A stretch of 64,000 nt of DNA from Methanomassiliicoccales archaeon (GTDB taxonomy: Archaea > Thermoplasmatota > Thermoplasmata > Methanomassiliicoccales > JACIVX01), in NCBI GenBank assembly GCA_050010535.1, contig JBEKKT010000007.1, positions 6,052-70,051 on the forward strand, written 5' to 3'. Shown here one piece after another: positions 55,526-64,000 of this stretch. Every line of letters begins with the position of its first letter. Position 1 is the stretch's first letter. A program made the translations under genes and the position numbers. Under the pieces are notes generated by a model that searched no databases, was not told the DNA's origin, and saw only the letters and a list, made by a program, of their open reading frames with translations.

Positions 55526-56449
55526 TCATCTGTTGAGAACCGTTTCCGATCCCAGTTCCTTCATTATAATGTCGTAAGCTGAGTAGGGCGAGATGACCCC
55601 GACCTCCGTGACTATCGAATCGACGTAGTCGGCTGGCGTAGCGTCGAACACGGGATTGAGTATCCTCACGTTCGTGGAAATCTCGCCCTCCCTGACTATT
55701 TCACCGGGGTCTCTCTCCTCTATCTCTACGAGCTCACCGTAGACGGTCTTCGGAGAGAACTTGAAGGTCTCGGCGCAGACGATGAACGGCACTCTGGCTT
55801 CATGGGCCGCGAGGGCGATCTGAGACGTACCGATCTTGTTTATTACGGCGCCATTCGACGCGATCGTGTCCGCGCCGACGTACACCAGATCGATGTCCTT
55901 CATTGCCCACCGGACAGCACTGTCGATGATGAGTGTAGTGGGAATGGCCTCTTTCGCAAGTTCATTGACCGTCAGCAGGCCCTGCCTCCACGGTCTTGAC
56001 TCGGTGGCATAGACCTCGATGTTCTTCCCTTCCGAGAAGGCCGTCTTCATGACGCTTAGGGCCGCCTTACTATTGCAATGCGTCAGGATGCGCTCGCCTC
56101 CTTTGATGCGCTGCGAGCCAATCCTTCCGATCGTGTTCACCGCTTCCTTCGACCGAGCGACGAAGCAATCAGCATTCGAGGCGACGAGGCTCTTGAGCTC
56201 CTTCACGCTCTTGGCGTCCTTGGCTCCTCGTGACACGGCCTGCACAGCATTCCAGAGGGATATCGCCGTGGGCCTCGTCGAAAGGAGGAGGCCCTTGCTT
56301 TCTTCGAGCTCCTTCTTGAATCGATCGAGATCCTTCCCGCTGAACTCCTGCGCCATTTCCTTCAGCGCACCAGCAGCTGCCCTGGCTATTTCGCCGGCAC
56401 CCCGGATCTCCATCGTCTTGATCGACTGCGCCACTTTCCTCAAGCTCAT
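55526..56449 (-). CDS. e2b2: Ribose-1,5-bisphosphate isomerase (eIF-2B alpha/beta/delta-like family)
   Basis: 307 aa. IRGAGEIARAAA, THCNS, VGADTIASNGAVINKIGT. Immediately upstream of rbcL. Confidence 0.85.
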   Translation of the reverse strand: MSLRKVAQSIKTMEIRGAGEIARAAAGALKEMAQEFSGKDLDRFKKELEESKGLLLSTRPTAISLWNAVQAVSRGAKDAKSVKELKSLVASNADCFVARSKEAVNTIGRIGSQRIKGGERILTHCNSKAALSVMKTAFSEGKNIEVYATESRPWRQGLLTVNELAKEAIPTTLIIDSAVRWAMKDIDLVYVGADTIASNGAVINKIGTSQIALAAHEARVPFIVCAETFKFSPKTVYGELVEIEERDPGEIVREGEISTNVRILNPVFDATPADYVDSIVTEVGVISPYSAYDIIMKELGSETVLNR

Positions 56450-56472
56450 GTTTTATTCCATCCCAGCATGGG

Positions 56473-56480
56473 ATATATAA
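56473..56480 (-). promoter_or_regulatory. TATA-box-like element of the e2b2-rbcL-deoA operon (predicts a leaderless mRNA)
   Basis: The minus strand reads TTATATAT, centred about 27 nt upstream of ATG 56449. Confidence 0.4.
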
Positions 56481-56532
56481 GTGTTGCCCGAGATAAGTTC
56501 TGGCCTAGGGTCCGCCTTCCAGCAGGAGCCTG

Positions 56533-58245
56533 TCAAATTCCCAAAGTCCTCTCGAGGTCTTTCAGTGGGAGGGTGTTTATGACGTCCTTGTTCCCAAGCC
56601 AACCTCTTCTTCCTGTGGCGACGCCGAACATCATGTAATTCAGCTGAGGTATGCTATGTGCATCGGTCCCAATGGACAGAGTGACTCCCCTATCCTTCGC
56701 CTTCCTGCAGTTCAGGTCGTTGAGATCGAGCCGCTCCGGGAGGGCGTTTATCTCAAGGAAGACTTTTTTCTCCAACGCGGCATCCATCACCCTGTCAATA
56801 TTGACTTGGTAGGGCTCTCTTTGCTCAATGACCCTTCCTGTCGGATGCGCCAGGATTGTGAGGTAGTCGTTCGACATCGCGGCGACAATCCTGTCCGTCA
56901 TCTCCTTCTCATCCATCTTGAATCCGGAGTGGACAGATCCGACCACGAAATCGAGATCCTTCAGCATGCTATCTGGATAATCTAAGGTCCCATCGTTGCG
57001 GATCTCGACCTCCGTCCCCATGAGGACTCTGATCCCTTCTGTCTTCCCGGAGACACTTCTCACAATCTCGACGTTCCTCATCAGGTCCTCCTTCGAGACT
57101 CCGCCCGCCACCTTTAGTGATTCCGAATGGTCGGTTATTCCGATGTACTCGTACCCCCTGTTCTTGGCCTCAAGCGCTATTTCTTCCACCGTCGCGCTCC
57201 CGTCGCTTAGAGTCGAGTGCACGTGAAAATCACCCTTGATATCTCCGAGTTCAAGCAAGATAGGGAGTCTGTGGTCGATAGCAGCCTTGATCTCCCCTCT
57301 GTTCTCGCGGATCTCCGGCGGCATCACCTCAAGATCGAGAGCAGCATACACCTCCTCCTCTGTCCTGCTGGCTATCCTCTCATCAGTGTCCTTTGTGAAA
57401 ACCCCATACTCGTTTATCTTGAGTCCTTTGTCGATCGCAAGCGACCTCAGCGAGATGTTGTGCTCTTTGGACCCGGTGAAGTACTGGAGCGCCGCACCAT
57501 AGCTGTCAGTTTCCACCACTCTGATGTCGACCTGCACCCCCTCCTTCAGCCTGATGCTCGATTTCGTGTCGCCCTTCGCGATGACCTCCGAGACGTTCGG
57601 ATTCCTGACGAAAATATCCATTACATTCTTGGGCTCGTCGCTGCCGACAAGGATGTCTATGTCGCCGATCGTCTCCCTCATTCGACGGAGGCTCCCCGCG
57701 ACGCTTATCAGCTTGTAGCCTCCGGCCGTCACCATGTAGTCGACAATGCTTTTTGCGTAGAAGTACGCGTATCCTAGGAGCATCCGACCAGTTCGTTGCT
57801 CGAGAAGCTGGATCCCTTTGAGTATATTCTCTTCCGACCTACCGCCGAAGCCCTTCAGCCCGCGGATCCTGTGGTCCTCGGCCGCTTTCTTCAGCTCGTG
57901 TAGGTTCGTTATTTTCAGTTCCTTGTACAAACGCATGATCGTCTTCGGCCCGATCTCCGGGACCGTCATGATTTGGAGCAGTCCGACTGGGAACTCCTCT
58001 CTCAGTTCCTTCAGATAATTCAGCTCTCCAGACTGGATAATCTCGGCGACCTTCTTCGCGATTGCCTCCCCTATGCCCGGGATCTCTCGGAGCTTACCCT
58101 CTCTGTAGTACTCCTGGATATCCTTGTCAAGCTCCTCGATGTTCCTTGCAGCCCTTCTGTATGCTCTGGGTTTGAACTCGACCCCCTTCAGTTCCAGAAG
58201 ATCGGCTATTTCATAGAGGACCTGGGCCACCTTCTCGTTGGTCAT
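56533..58245 (-). CDS. polX: Family X DNA polymerase with C-terminal PHP domain
   Basis: HhH motifs, GSLRRMRETIGDIDILV nucleotidyltransferase motif, PHP motif GDFHVHSTLSDG. Confidence 0.9.
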   Translation of the reverse strand: MTNEKVAQVLYEIADLLELKGVEFKPRAYRRAARNIEELDKDIQEYYREGKLREIPGIGEAIAKKVAEIIQSGELNYLKELREEFPVGLLQIMTVPEIGPKTIMRLYKELKITNLHELKKAAEDHRIRGLKGFGGRSEENILKGIQLLEQRTGRMLLGYAYFYAKSIVDYMVTAGGYKLISVAGSLRRMRETIGDIDILVGSDEPKNVMDIFVRNPNVSEVIAKGDTKSSIRLKEGVQVDIRVVETDSYGAALQYFTGSKEHNISLRSLAIDKGLKINEYGVFTKDTDERIASRTEEEVYAALDLEVMPPEIRENRGEIKAAIDHRLPILLELGDIKGDFHVHSTLSDGSATVEEIALEAKNRGYEYIGITDHSESLKVAGGVSKEDLMRNVEIVRSVSGKTEGIRVLMGTEVEIRNDGTLDYPDSMLKDLDFVVGSVHSGFKMDEKEMTDRIVAAMSNDYLTILAHPTGRVIEQREPYQVNIDRVMDAALEKKVFLEINALPERLDLNDLNCRKAKDRGVTLSIGTDAHSIPQLNYMMFGVATGRRGWLGNKDVINTLPLKDLERTLGI

Positions 58246-58292
58246 TCGATCTCAAGTGACGAAATCGGTTCGCCGAGCAATGAACGTTGCCA

Positions 58293-59846
58293 TCAGTGCC
58301 TGAAGACTCGGGTCCCTGTGAACACCATGGCCATATTGTGTTCGTTCGCCGCCTGAATGACCTCTTCGTCCCTGACCGATCCTCCGGGCTGTATGATCGC
58401 AACCACACCAGCTTTTGCGGCCTCGTCCACTCCATCCCGGAACGGGAAGAAAGCATCGGAAGCCATCACGCTGCCTCTTGCTTCCTCCTTCGCCTTCGAG
58501 GCGGCGATTATGGAGGAGTCCACTCTGCTCATCTGCCCGGCGCCGATGCCGACCGCTCTCTCGTCCTTAGCGTAAATTATAGCATTGGACCAGACGTGTT
58601 TCGCTACCTTCCAGGCGAAAAGCATAGATTTGATCTCCTCCTCCGTAGGTTGCCGCTTCGTAACCACCTTAAGGTTCTCAGGCTTGAGTTTGATATACTC
58701 GGATGTTTGAACAAGTAGGCCGCCCTTGATCTTCTTCATCTTCATCTCTGGCTTCTCATCACGAGTGATCGGGGCGTTCGTCCTGAGGATCCGGATGTTC
58801 TTCTTCTTCATCAGGGTCTCGAGCGCGCCTGGCGTGTACGAAGGCGCTATGACCGCCTCGACGAAGTGTTTTGATATCTCCGCCGCCGTCGCGTCGTCGA
58901 GTTCCCTGTTGACTCCTATGACGCATCCGAACGCTGCTACTGGGTCGACATTGTAAGCGACCACGAAAGCGTCGGCGATCTTGTCGGCGCTGGCTATCCC
59001 GCAGGGGTTGGTGTGCTTCAACACGCATGATGTCGGCCTCTCAAAGTCCCTGAGGATCTCGAGGGCTGCTTCCAGGTCAAGGATGTTGTTGAATGACAGT
59101 TCCTTGCCGTGCAGCCTCTCGCTCCTGGAAATACATACCCCCGCCGCAAACGGATCAGTGTAGAACGCCGCCGACTGGTTCGGGTTCTCCCCATAGCGAA
59201 GATCCATGTCCTTCTCGAATCCAAGAGATAGAGTCGGCGGGAACAGGTCCGATCCGAACGCCTTGCCGAGGTACGAGGCAATCATGGAATCGTAGAACGA
59301 GGTACTTCTGAATGCTTCCAGCATCAGAGCCTTGAGCGTCTCCGCGCTTATGTCGCCGCCTGAGCCCCTCATCTCGTCGAGTATGGAGCCGTACCGGCCA
59401 GGATTCGTGACAACCGCCACGGACTGATAGTTCTTCGCAGCGGCTCTGATCATGCTCGGGCCGCCGATGTCGATGTTCTCGATGATGTCCTCGATGGTCG
59501 AATTCGGTTTCAGCACGGTCTCCTTGAACGGGTACAGGTTGACGACGACCATGTCTATCTTCTTAATGCCTCTGTCTGAGAGCGTCTTCATGTGCTCCGG
59601 AAGATCCCGTCGGGCGAGAATGCCCGCGTGGATCAGGGGGTGAAGCGTCTTGACTCTTCCATCCAGCATCTCGGGAAACCCCGTCACCTGTGAAATCTCG
59701 ATCGCGTCTATGTTGTTCTTCTTCAGCATCGATGCCGTTCCGCCCGTCGAGATCAACTCGACGCCCATCTGCTTCAGTTCCGATGCGAACTCGACGACAC
59801 CGGTCTTGTTAGAAACACTGATTAATGCCCGTTCTATCTTGACCAT
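58293..59846 (-). CDS. purH: Bifunctional AICAR transformylase / IMP cyclohydrolase
   Basis: 517 aa. [19 protein letters not shown], and IQPGGSVRD at the C-terminus. Confidence 0.95.
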   Translation of the reverse strand: MVKIERALISVSNKTGVVEFASELKQMGVELISTGGTASMLKKNNIDAIEISQVTGFPEMLDGRVKTLHPLIHAGILARRDLPEHMKTLSDRGIKKIDMVVVNLYPFKETVLKPNSTIEDIIENIDIGGPSMIRAAAKNYQSVAVVTNPGRYGSILDEMRGSGGDISAETLKALMLEAFRSTSFYDSMIASYLGKAFGSDLFPPTLSLGFEKDMDLRYGENPNQSAAFYTDPFAAGVCISRSERLHGKELSFNNILDLEAALEILRDFERPTSCVLKHTNPCGIASADKIADAFVVAYNVDPVAAFGCVIGVNRELDDATAAEISKHFVEAVIAPSYTPGALETLMKKKNIRILRTNAPITRDEKPEMKMKKIKGGLLVQTSEYIKLKPENLKVVTKRQPTEEEIKSMLFAWKVAKHVWSNAIIYAKDERAVGIGAGQMSRVDSSIIAASKAKEEARGSVMASDAFFPFRDGVDEAAKAGVVAIIQPGGSVRDEEVIQAANEHNMAMVFTGTRVFRH

Positions 59847-59893
59847 ACCGATTCCTCCCAGCTAAGGTAAGGCATACAAGAAACAGTATGCCG

Positions 59894-59905
59894 GGCATAT
59901 ATGCC
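59894..59905. promoter_or_regulatory. Perfectly palindromic TATA element GGCATATATGCC in the purH / methyltransferase divergent region
   Basis: 12-nt perfect palindrome about 52 nt upstream of the purH ATG 59846 (SD GGGAGGAAT in between). It could in principle bind TBP in either orientation. Confidence 0.35.
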
Positions 59906-60045
59906 ACACTTAGACATAAATATGATTGCAGGGAGGCTCGAATCTCACAGTCGACTTTCGGTCAGAGCGACTAGGGCCTCACCCCTGGGCTCAGAATCCA
60001 AAGACTTTTATTCGCCGACCCCTGTTCGTAATTCCGGTCAATCTG

Positions 60046-60822
60046 ATGATCGTTATCAGCGAGAGGATCAACGGTCTCTTCGCATCCGTTGCGAAGGCCA
60101 TCGACAAGCGGGATTCGAAGTTCATTCAGGACCTTGCCCTGAGACAAGTCGAATGCGGGGCGCAGATGCTGGACGTGAACACAGGCCCCGGAAGAGAGGA
60201 CGCGCCAGCGGTGATGGATTGGTTGGTCAGGACCGTTCAAGAAGTCACCGATCTTCCACTGTGCCTGGATACTCCAGGTGCAAAAACCATGGATGCGGGC
60301 CTAAAGGCATGCAAGAACAAGGTCGTGATGAACTCCACGACCGCTGAACGCAAGAGGATGGAGCGGTTCTTCCCCCTTTGCAGGGAACACGGCACAGAGA
60401 TCATTTGCCTTGCAATGGACGAGCGAGGCATACCGAATGATGCCCAGTCTCGTGCCGAAATGGCGATGTTGATGATGACCACCGCCATGGAGTACGATAT
60501 CATGCCGGATCGCCTCTATCTCGATCCGCTCGTAATGCCTGTTGGAGCGGCTCAGGACCAGGCTGGGAAAGCCATCCAGGCGCTGCAACTGTTTCAGACT
60601 CTGAACAACCCTCCCCCGCGAACGGTGGTGGGACTCAGCAATGTTTCCAATCAAACGAAAGAGAGAGGTCTCCTGAATAGGACCTACCTGGCAATGCTAA
60701 TGGGTGTCGGGCTCACAGCGGCAATATGCGATCCAGAGGACGAGGATCTCATGAAGATCATCAAGGCAGGCCAGGTTCTTCTCAATCAGAAGTTGTACTG
60801 CGACGATTTCTTGAGAGCCTGA
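60046..60822 (+). CDS. Pterin-binding methyltransferase (MeTr/AcsE/MtrH-like, methyl-THF:corrinoid type)
   Basis: MIVISERINGLFASV start, GAQMLDVNTGPG, LCLDTP, GLSNVSN motifs of the DHPS-like pterin-binding barrel. TTTTATTC at 60006-60013 lies upstream. The ORF-track start 59926 adds a non-homologous extension. Confidence 0.75.
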   Translation: MIVISERINGLFASVAKAIDKRDSKFIQDLALRQVECGAQMLDVNTGPGREDAPAVMDWLVRTVQEVTDLPLCLDTPGAKTMDAGLKACKNKVVMNSTTAERKRMERFFPLCREHGTEIICLAMDERGIPNDAQSRAEMAMLMMTTAMEYDIMPDRLYLDPLVMPVGAAQDQAGKAIQALQLFQTLNNPPPRTVVGLSNVSNQTKERGLLNRTYLAMLMGVGLTAAICDPEDEDLMKIIKAGQVLLNQKLYCDDFLRA

Positions 60823-60845
60823 GATGTCCCACTGGAGAAAAGGGG

Positions 60846-61763
60846 TCAGACAATCGGTCTGGGGTATAGGCCAGCTCTCTGCACTATCTCGGGGACCTTC
60901 TGCTCCCAGGCTATTGCCATGATGTGAACGCCATGAACTCCCTTGATCTTTCTCAGGTGTTCGATCTGTTCCACGCAAATAGCGATTCCCTCCAACTTCG
61001 GGTCAGCGGCCTTCCTCATCCGTTCTATGATGCCGTCCGGAACCATAGTTCCTGGAACCTTCGTCTTCATGTATTTCGCTGCGCCAAGTGATTTCAGAGG
61101 AAGGACTCCCGCGAGCAAGTGGACCTTCTTGTCGAGTCCCCTGTCTCTGACGCCCACCATCCAACGCTCGAATCTCTCCATGTCGAAGACCGCTTGGGTC
61201 TGTATGAACTCCGCTCCGGCCGTAATCTTCTTCCCCAGCCTCGCGACTCTGAATTCGAATGGGTCCGCAAACGGATTCTCTGTCGCTCCTAAGAAGACCT
61301 TCGGTGCCTCTTCTAGCTCGTCCCCGCCCCAGACTCTCTTCTCATCCCTCATCATCCTGAATATCTGCAACTCTTGTATCGAGTCGATATCGTAGACGTT
61401 CTTCGACTCCTTCTGATTCCCGAATGTCTGATGGTCGCCGCTGAGGCACAAGACATTCTTCACTCCCAGCGCTGCGGCGCCGAGCAGATCCGACTGAAGA
61501 GCGATCCTGTTCCGATCCCTGCACGTCATCTGCATTACTGGTTCAGCACCCTCCTGTATGCAGAGGACTGCGGAGGCGAAGCTGGACATTCTCACGATCG
61601 CAGTCTGGTTGTCCGTTACATTGAACGCGTCCCCGTAATCCTTCATCATCCTCGCATGATTCCTTACGACTTCTGGGTTCGGAGATCTTGGAGGGCCTAT
61701 CTCGGCCGTCACCGCGAATCTCCCAGCGCTGAGTACCTTCTCCAGATTGCTGCCCGCTCTCAG
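60846..61763 (-). CDS. metF: Methylenetetrahydrofolate reductase (acetogen-type MetF); start probably CTG 61763
   Basis: NVTDNQTAIVRMS, TCRDRNRIALQSDLLGAAALGVKNVLCLSGDH. The track start, GTG 61712, falls inside the conserved strand RFAVTAEIGPPRS. Upstream, the open frame has no ATG/GTG/TTG. It does have CTG 61763, overlapping the metV TGA, with GGAGG 7 nt upstream. Confidence 0.85.
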   Translation of the reverse strand: MRAGSNLEKVLSAGRFAVTAEIGPPRSPNPEVVRNHARMMKDYGDAFNVTDNQTAIVRMSSFASAVLCIQEGAEPVMQMTCRDRNRIALQSDLLGAAALGVKNVLCLSGDHQTFGNQKESKNVYDIDSIQELQIFRMMRDEKRVWGGDELEEAPKVFLGATENPFADPFEFRVARLGKKITAGAEFIQTQAVFDMERFERWMVGVRDRGLDKKVHLLAGVLPLKSLGAAKYMKTKVPGTMVPDGIIERMRKAADPKLEGIAICVEQIEHLRKIKGVHGVHIMAIAWEQKVPEIVQRAGLYPRPIV

Positions 61764-62464
61764 TCGACACCCTCCTTTGCCTTCTTCTCCTCAGGAGTGA
61801 GGACTGCTTCCGGGCGCACTATCTTCCTCGGCCCGCCGCTCCTGCTCGGTATCCAGTTCTTCGGCGGAATCACCTTCTCCATCAATTCGAGCTGGTCGAA
61901 TCTCTTGAGGTTCTGGAAAATCTGATCCCAACCACAAGGGGTCTCTGGATTGACCTCGCACTTGCCGTTCTGCGAGCCCCCGCATGGTCCGTTCAGGAGG
62001 CTCTTCGCGCATCTCACGATGGGACAGATCCCCCCGGTCAAGTGAAGGACGCAGTCCCCGCATCCGCCGCATTTCTCGAGGAAGATGCCCTGCTCCTCAG
62101 GGGCCCCCATGTTTGAGGTGTTGAGTCCTGGTACTATCCTCGTGTCCGGGTAGAGATCCTGCAATACCTGCGCCCCGACGCCGCAGGCGATCGAGATGAT
62201 GACATCTCTCCCCTCCACGCTCGGGTGCATCTCCCTTACCCACTCCTTTTCGCACTGCCTCTCCACAGTAATCTCCGAGACCTCCCAGTCTTTATCGTTC
62301 AAGTCTGAGTATAGGCGCAGGGATTCTGCCAGGAGTCCCACCTCCTTTTCCCCTCCCGCGAGGCACATAGCGACACAAGACCTGCACCCTGCGACGAGGA
62401 TCCTGTGGTGACCTTCGACGATCTGGCAGATCTCTCCCAGGGGTTTTTGCTCCGCGACGATCAC
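61760..62464 (-). CDS. metV: MetV (MTHFR C-terminal-domain/zinc-finger subunit)
   Basis: GTG start in a GTGA overlap with mvhD. (M)IVAEQKPLGEI..., CGGCGDC, ICPIVRCAKSLLNGPCGG. The upstream part of the 375-aa track ORF is out-of-frame overlap with mvhD. Confidence 0.75.
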   Translation of the reverse strand: MIVAEQKPLGEICQIVEGHHRILVAGCRSCVAMCLAGGEKEVGLLAESLRLYSDLNDKDWEVSEITVERQCEKEWVREMHPSVEGRDVIISIACGVGAQVLQDLYPDTRIVPGLNTSNMGAPEEQGIFLEKCGGCGDCVLHLTGGICPIVRCAKSLLNGPCGGSQNGKCEVNPETPCGWDQIFQNLKRFDQLELMEKVIPPKNWIPSRSGGPRKIVRPEAVLTPEEKKAKEGVD

Positions 62465-62877
62465 TTGACCACCTTCTTCAGTGGACTCGGTCCAAGGTCT
62501 TCGACGCGCGAGACCATCTCCCGGACGATTTCGGGAAACCTCCACCCCTGGTTCGAGGCGACGTTGAACATCTCCAATCTCTCCTTCTCGATTCCGATAG
62601 CGTCGAGAAGCCGCTTCGCATGTTCGACCCTCTTCCTCGCCTCGAAGTTCCCGTACTCGTAGTGGCAATTCTTCTCGAGGCATCCGGCCACGAACACTGC
62701 GTCGGCGCCTTCTCTGAACGCCTTCAGTATGTGGAGGACGTCGATCCTTCCCGCGCAGGGGACCCTTATGACCATCGTTTCCGGTGAGTAGCGGATATGC
62801 ATGACGCCTGCGAGGTCCGCCGAGGAGTACGCTCCATGACTGCAGCAGTAGCCGATGATTCTCACGCGATCGGTCAT
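62461..62877 (-). CDS. mvhD: MvhD/FlpD-like [2Fe-2S] electron-transfer protein
   Basis: 138 aa. IIGYCCSHGAY, VPCAGRID, VFVAGCLEKNCHY motifs. ATGA overlap with hdrA. Confidence 0.85.
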   Translation of the reverse strand: MTDRVRIIGYCCSHGAYSSADLAGVMHIRYSPETMVIRVPCAGRIDVLHILKAFREGADAVFVAGCLEKNCHYEYGNFEARKRVEHAKRLLDAIGIEKERLEMFNVASNQGWRFPEIVREMVSRVEDLGPSPLKKVVK

Positions 62878-64000
62878 CTTCCGCCACCTCTCACGCTCGC
62901 GGACGACTGCGCCTCGATCTGCCCGTCCGTGTAGCCATATATCTGTATCGCCTTGCTAGGGCAGATCCCTACGCAAATGCCGCAACCCTGGCATGTCTGG
63001 ATGTCGATCTCCGCCATTCCGTCCTCGTTGATGAACGGCGCCGTGTACGGACAGCTTCTGATGCAGCAGAGGCAGACTGAGCACTTCTCCGGGTCGACCT
63101 CTGCGACAGTCCCTCCGACCTCTATGAATGGTAATGAGAGGAGGGAGACAGCTCCTGACGCGGCGGCCGACGCCGCCAGGAGATCCTCCGAAACGAGTCT
63201 CGGCCCTGCGGCGCCTCCGCAAAGGAAGACACCCTCTCTCAACGTTGATGTCGGCTCTAGCCGGACCTTGGATCCGACCAGGAATCCGCTCGCATCGATC
63301 GGGATCCTGAAGATCTTCGCAAGCCGCCTCGTATCTTGAGGTTTCAAGATATCGCCAACGACAACGAGATCTGCAGGCAGGCTCAGGGCAGTGTCCGAGC
63401 TTTCATCGGTGACTAGCACTCTCAGACTCCCCTCGCGCTCGATCACCACTTCTCCCTCGCACCGTACGAACCTGATCCCGCATTCCTGCGCCCTCTTGTA
63501 ATCGAGTTCGTTCATGCCATATGTTCTGAATTCGTTGGCGATGATCGTGACATCCGCAGAGGGCAGTAGGGCCTTCAACCTCAGAGCGTTGGTTATCGCG
63601 TCCAGGTGGCAGCTCCTTCCGACCACCACTTCCGACGAGGCCTTTGGGGCTATCATGACGACTTTTTCTGGGCAGACTTCTTGCGAGCTCAAGAACCTGT
63701 TGAACTCCCCTTGAGTGATCACTCGCTCATCCTCATCTTCTCCTCTTGGTGCGAACGGCACCGCGTCTAGGACGAGGATCACTGCCCCGCACCTGACATC
63801 CTCTTCCCCCTTTGGAGTCTGGATCAATGCCCGGAAGTCTCCGGGATGTCCCTGGAAGTCGACGATCTCTGCGTCGAGCAGAATCCTCACCGAAGGGCTG
63901 GATCTTAGTCCTTGTAGGATCTTCTGGACGTATTCAGCAGACACGCCATGAAATGTAGCTATCACGGAGACCTCTTCCAGCGATTCCTTCGGATCGACAA
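62874..64000 (-). CDS. hdrA: HdrA-like flavoprotein (heterodisulfide reductase subunit A family), 5' end beyond the window
   Basis: C-terminal 2x[4Fe-4S] motifs CSVCLCCIRSCP and CQGCGICVGICP, plus GVFLCGGAAGP. The reading frame stays open to position 64000. Confidence 0.8.
   Translation of the reverse strand, partial: VDPKESLEEVSVIATFHGVSAEYVQKILQGLRSSPSVRILLDAEIVDFQGHPGDFRALIQTPKGEEDVRCGAVILVLDAVPFAPRGEDEDERVITQGEFNRFLSSQEVCPEKVVMIAPKASSEVVVGRSCHLDAITNALRLKALLPSADVTIIANEFRTYGMNELDYKRAQECGIRFVRCEGEVVIEREGSLRVLVTDESSDTALSLPADLVVVGDILKPQDTRRLAKIFRIPIDASGFLVGSKVRLEPTSTLREGVFLCGGAAGPRLVSEDLLAASAAASGAVSLLSLPFIEVGGTVAEVDPEKCSVCLCCIRSCPYTAPFINEDGMAEIDIQTCQGCGICVGICPSKAIQIYGYTDGQIEAQSSASVRGGGR

Noticed and set aside
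62465-62887. N-terminal 141 codons of the 375-aa track ORF 61760-62887
   Set aside because: This part overlaps mvhD out of frame and shows no MetV homology. MetV homology starts at GTG 62464, which forms a GTGA overlap with the mvhD stop.
1-64000. Search for CRISPR arrays, rRNA genes, SRP/RNase P RNA signatures and intact IS elements or integrases
   Set aside because: I saw no regularly spaced repeats, no rRNA-like conserved blocks, and no GGUCCGGAAGG or GAGGAAAGUCC-type motifs in the larger intergenic regions. The only recombinase is a 39-codon stub. Scanning by eye is limited, so covariance-model scans should be run.

Overview
This is a densely coding archaeal chromosome segment, euryarchaeal and probably Thermoplasmata-like. 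That placement rests on gene content and gene order only. I call about 70 genes. The GC content is high enough that long spurious antisense ORFs are common in the ORF track.

Gene content, in window order:
- Polar amino-acid ABC transporter.
- ilvB-ilvN-ilvE.
- Pyruvate:ferredoxin oxidoreductase operon with a fused gamma-delta subunit.
- The conserved archaeal translation cluster: L7Ae, S28e, L24e, ndk, aIF5B, S6e, aIF2-gamma and a PIN-domain protein.
- purS-purL-purQ and purH.
- trmI, proS and prs.
- HerA-like ATPase.
- CoA genes: pantoate kinase and coaBC.
- tmk.
- Radical SAM enzyme.
- GINS51.
- One tRNA-Lys(CUU).
- GPN-loop GTPase, PAN and MBF1.
- Thermosome and grpE-dnaK-dnaJ.
- A complete AMP-salvage / form III RuBisCO operon: e2b2-rbcL-deoA.
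- PolX.
- A C1 module: hdrA-mvhD-metV-metF, plus a divergent pterin-binding methyltransferase.

I found no rRNA, no CRISPR array and no intact mobile element.

Most interesting leads:
1. A leaderless Val/Leu-rich uORF plus stem-loop in front of ilvBN-ilvE, resembling a bacterial attenuator leader.
2. Two independent CTGA stop/start overlaps where homology puts the downstream start on a CTG codon (the ABC ATPase and metF).
3. A tRNA-Lys with a 23-nt intron in the T-loop, held in a textbook bulge-helix-bulge motif.
4. A C/D-box-like motif in the L7Ae 5' UTR.
5. Two zinc-ribbon mini-proteins below the ORF-track length cutoff.
6. A patchwork of gene remnants: a frameshifted methyltransferase, a serine-recombinase stub, and panE and gcvPA 5' fragments.
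7. A dnaK with an in-frame loss of about 25 residues at the substrate-binding-domain/lid junction.

All family assignments are from motif recognition by eye. No database searches were run.
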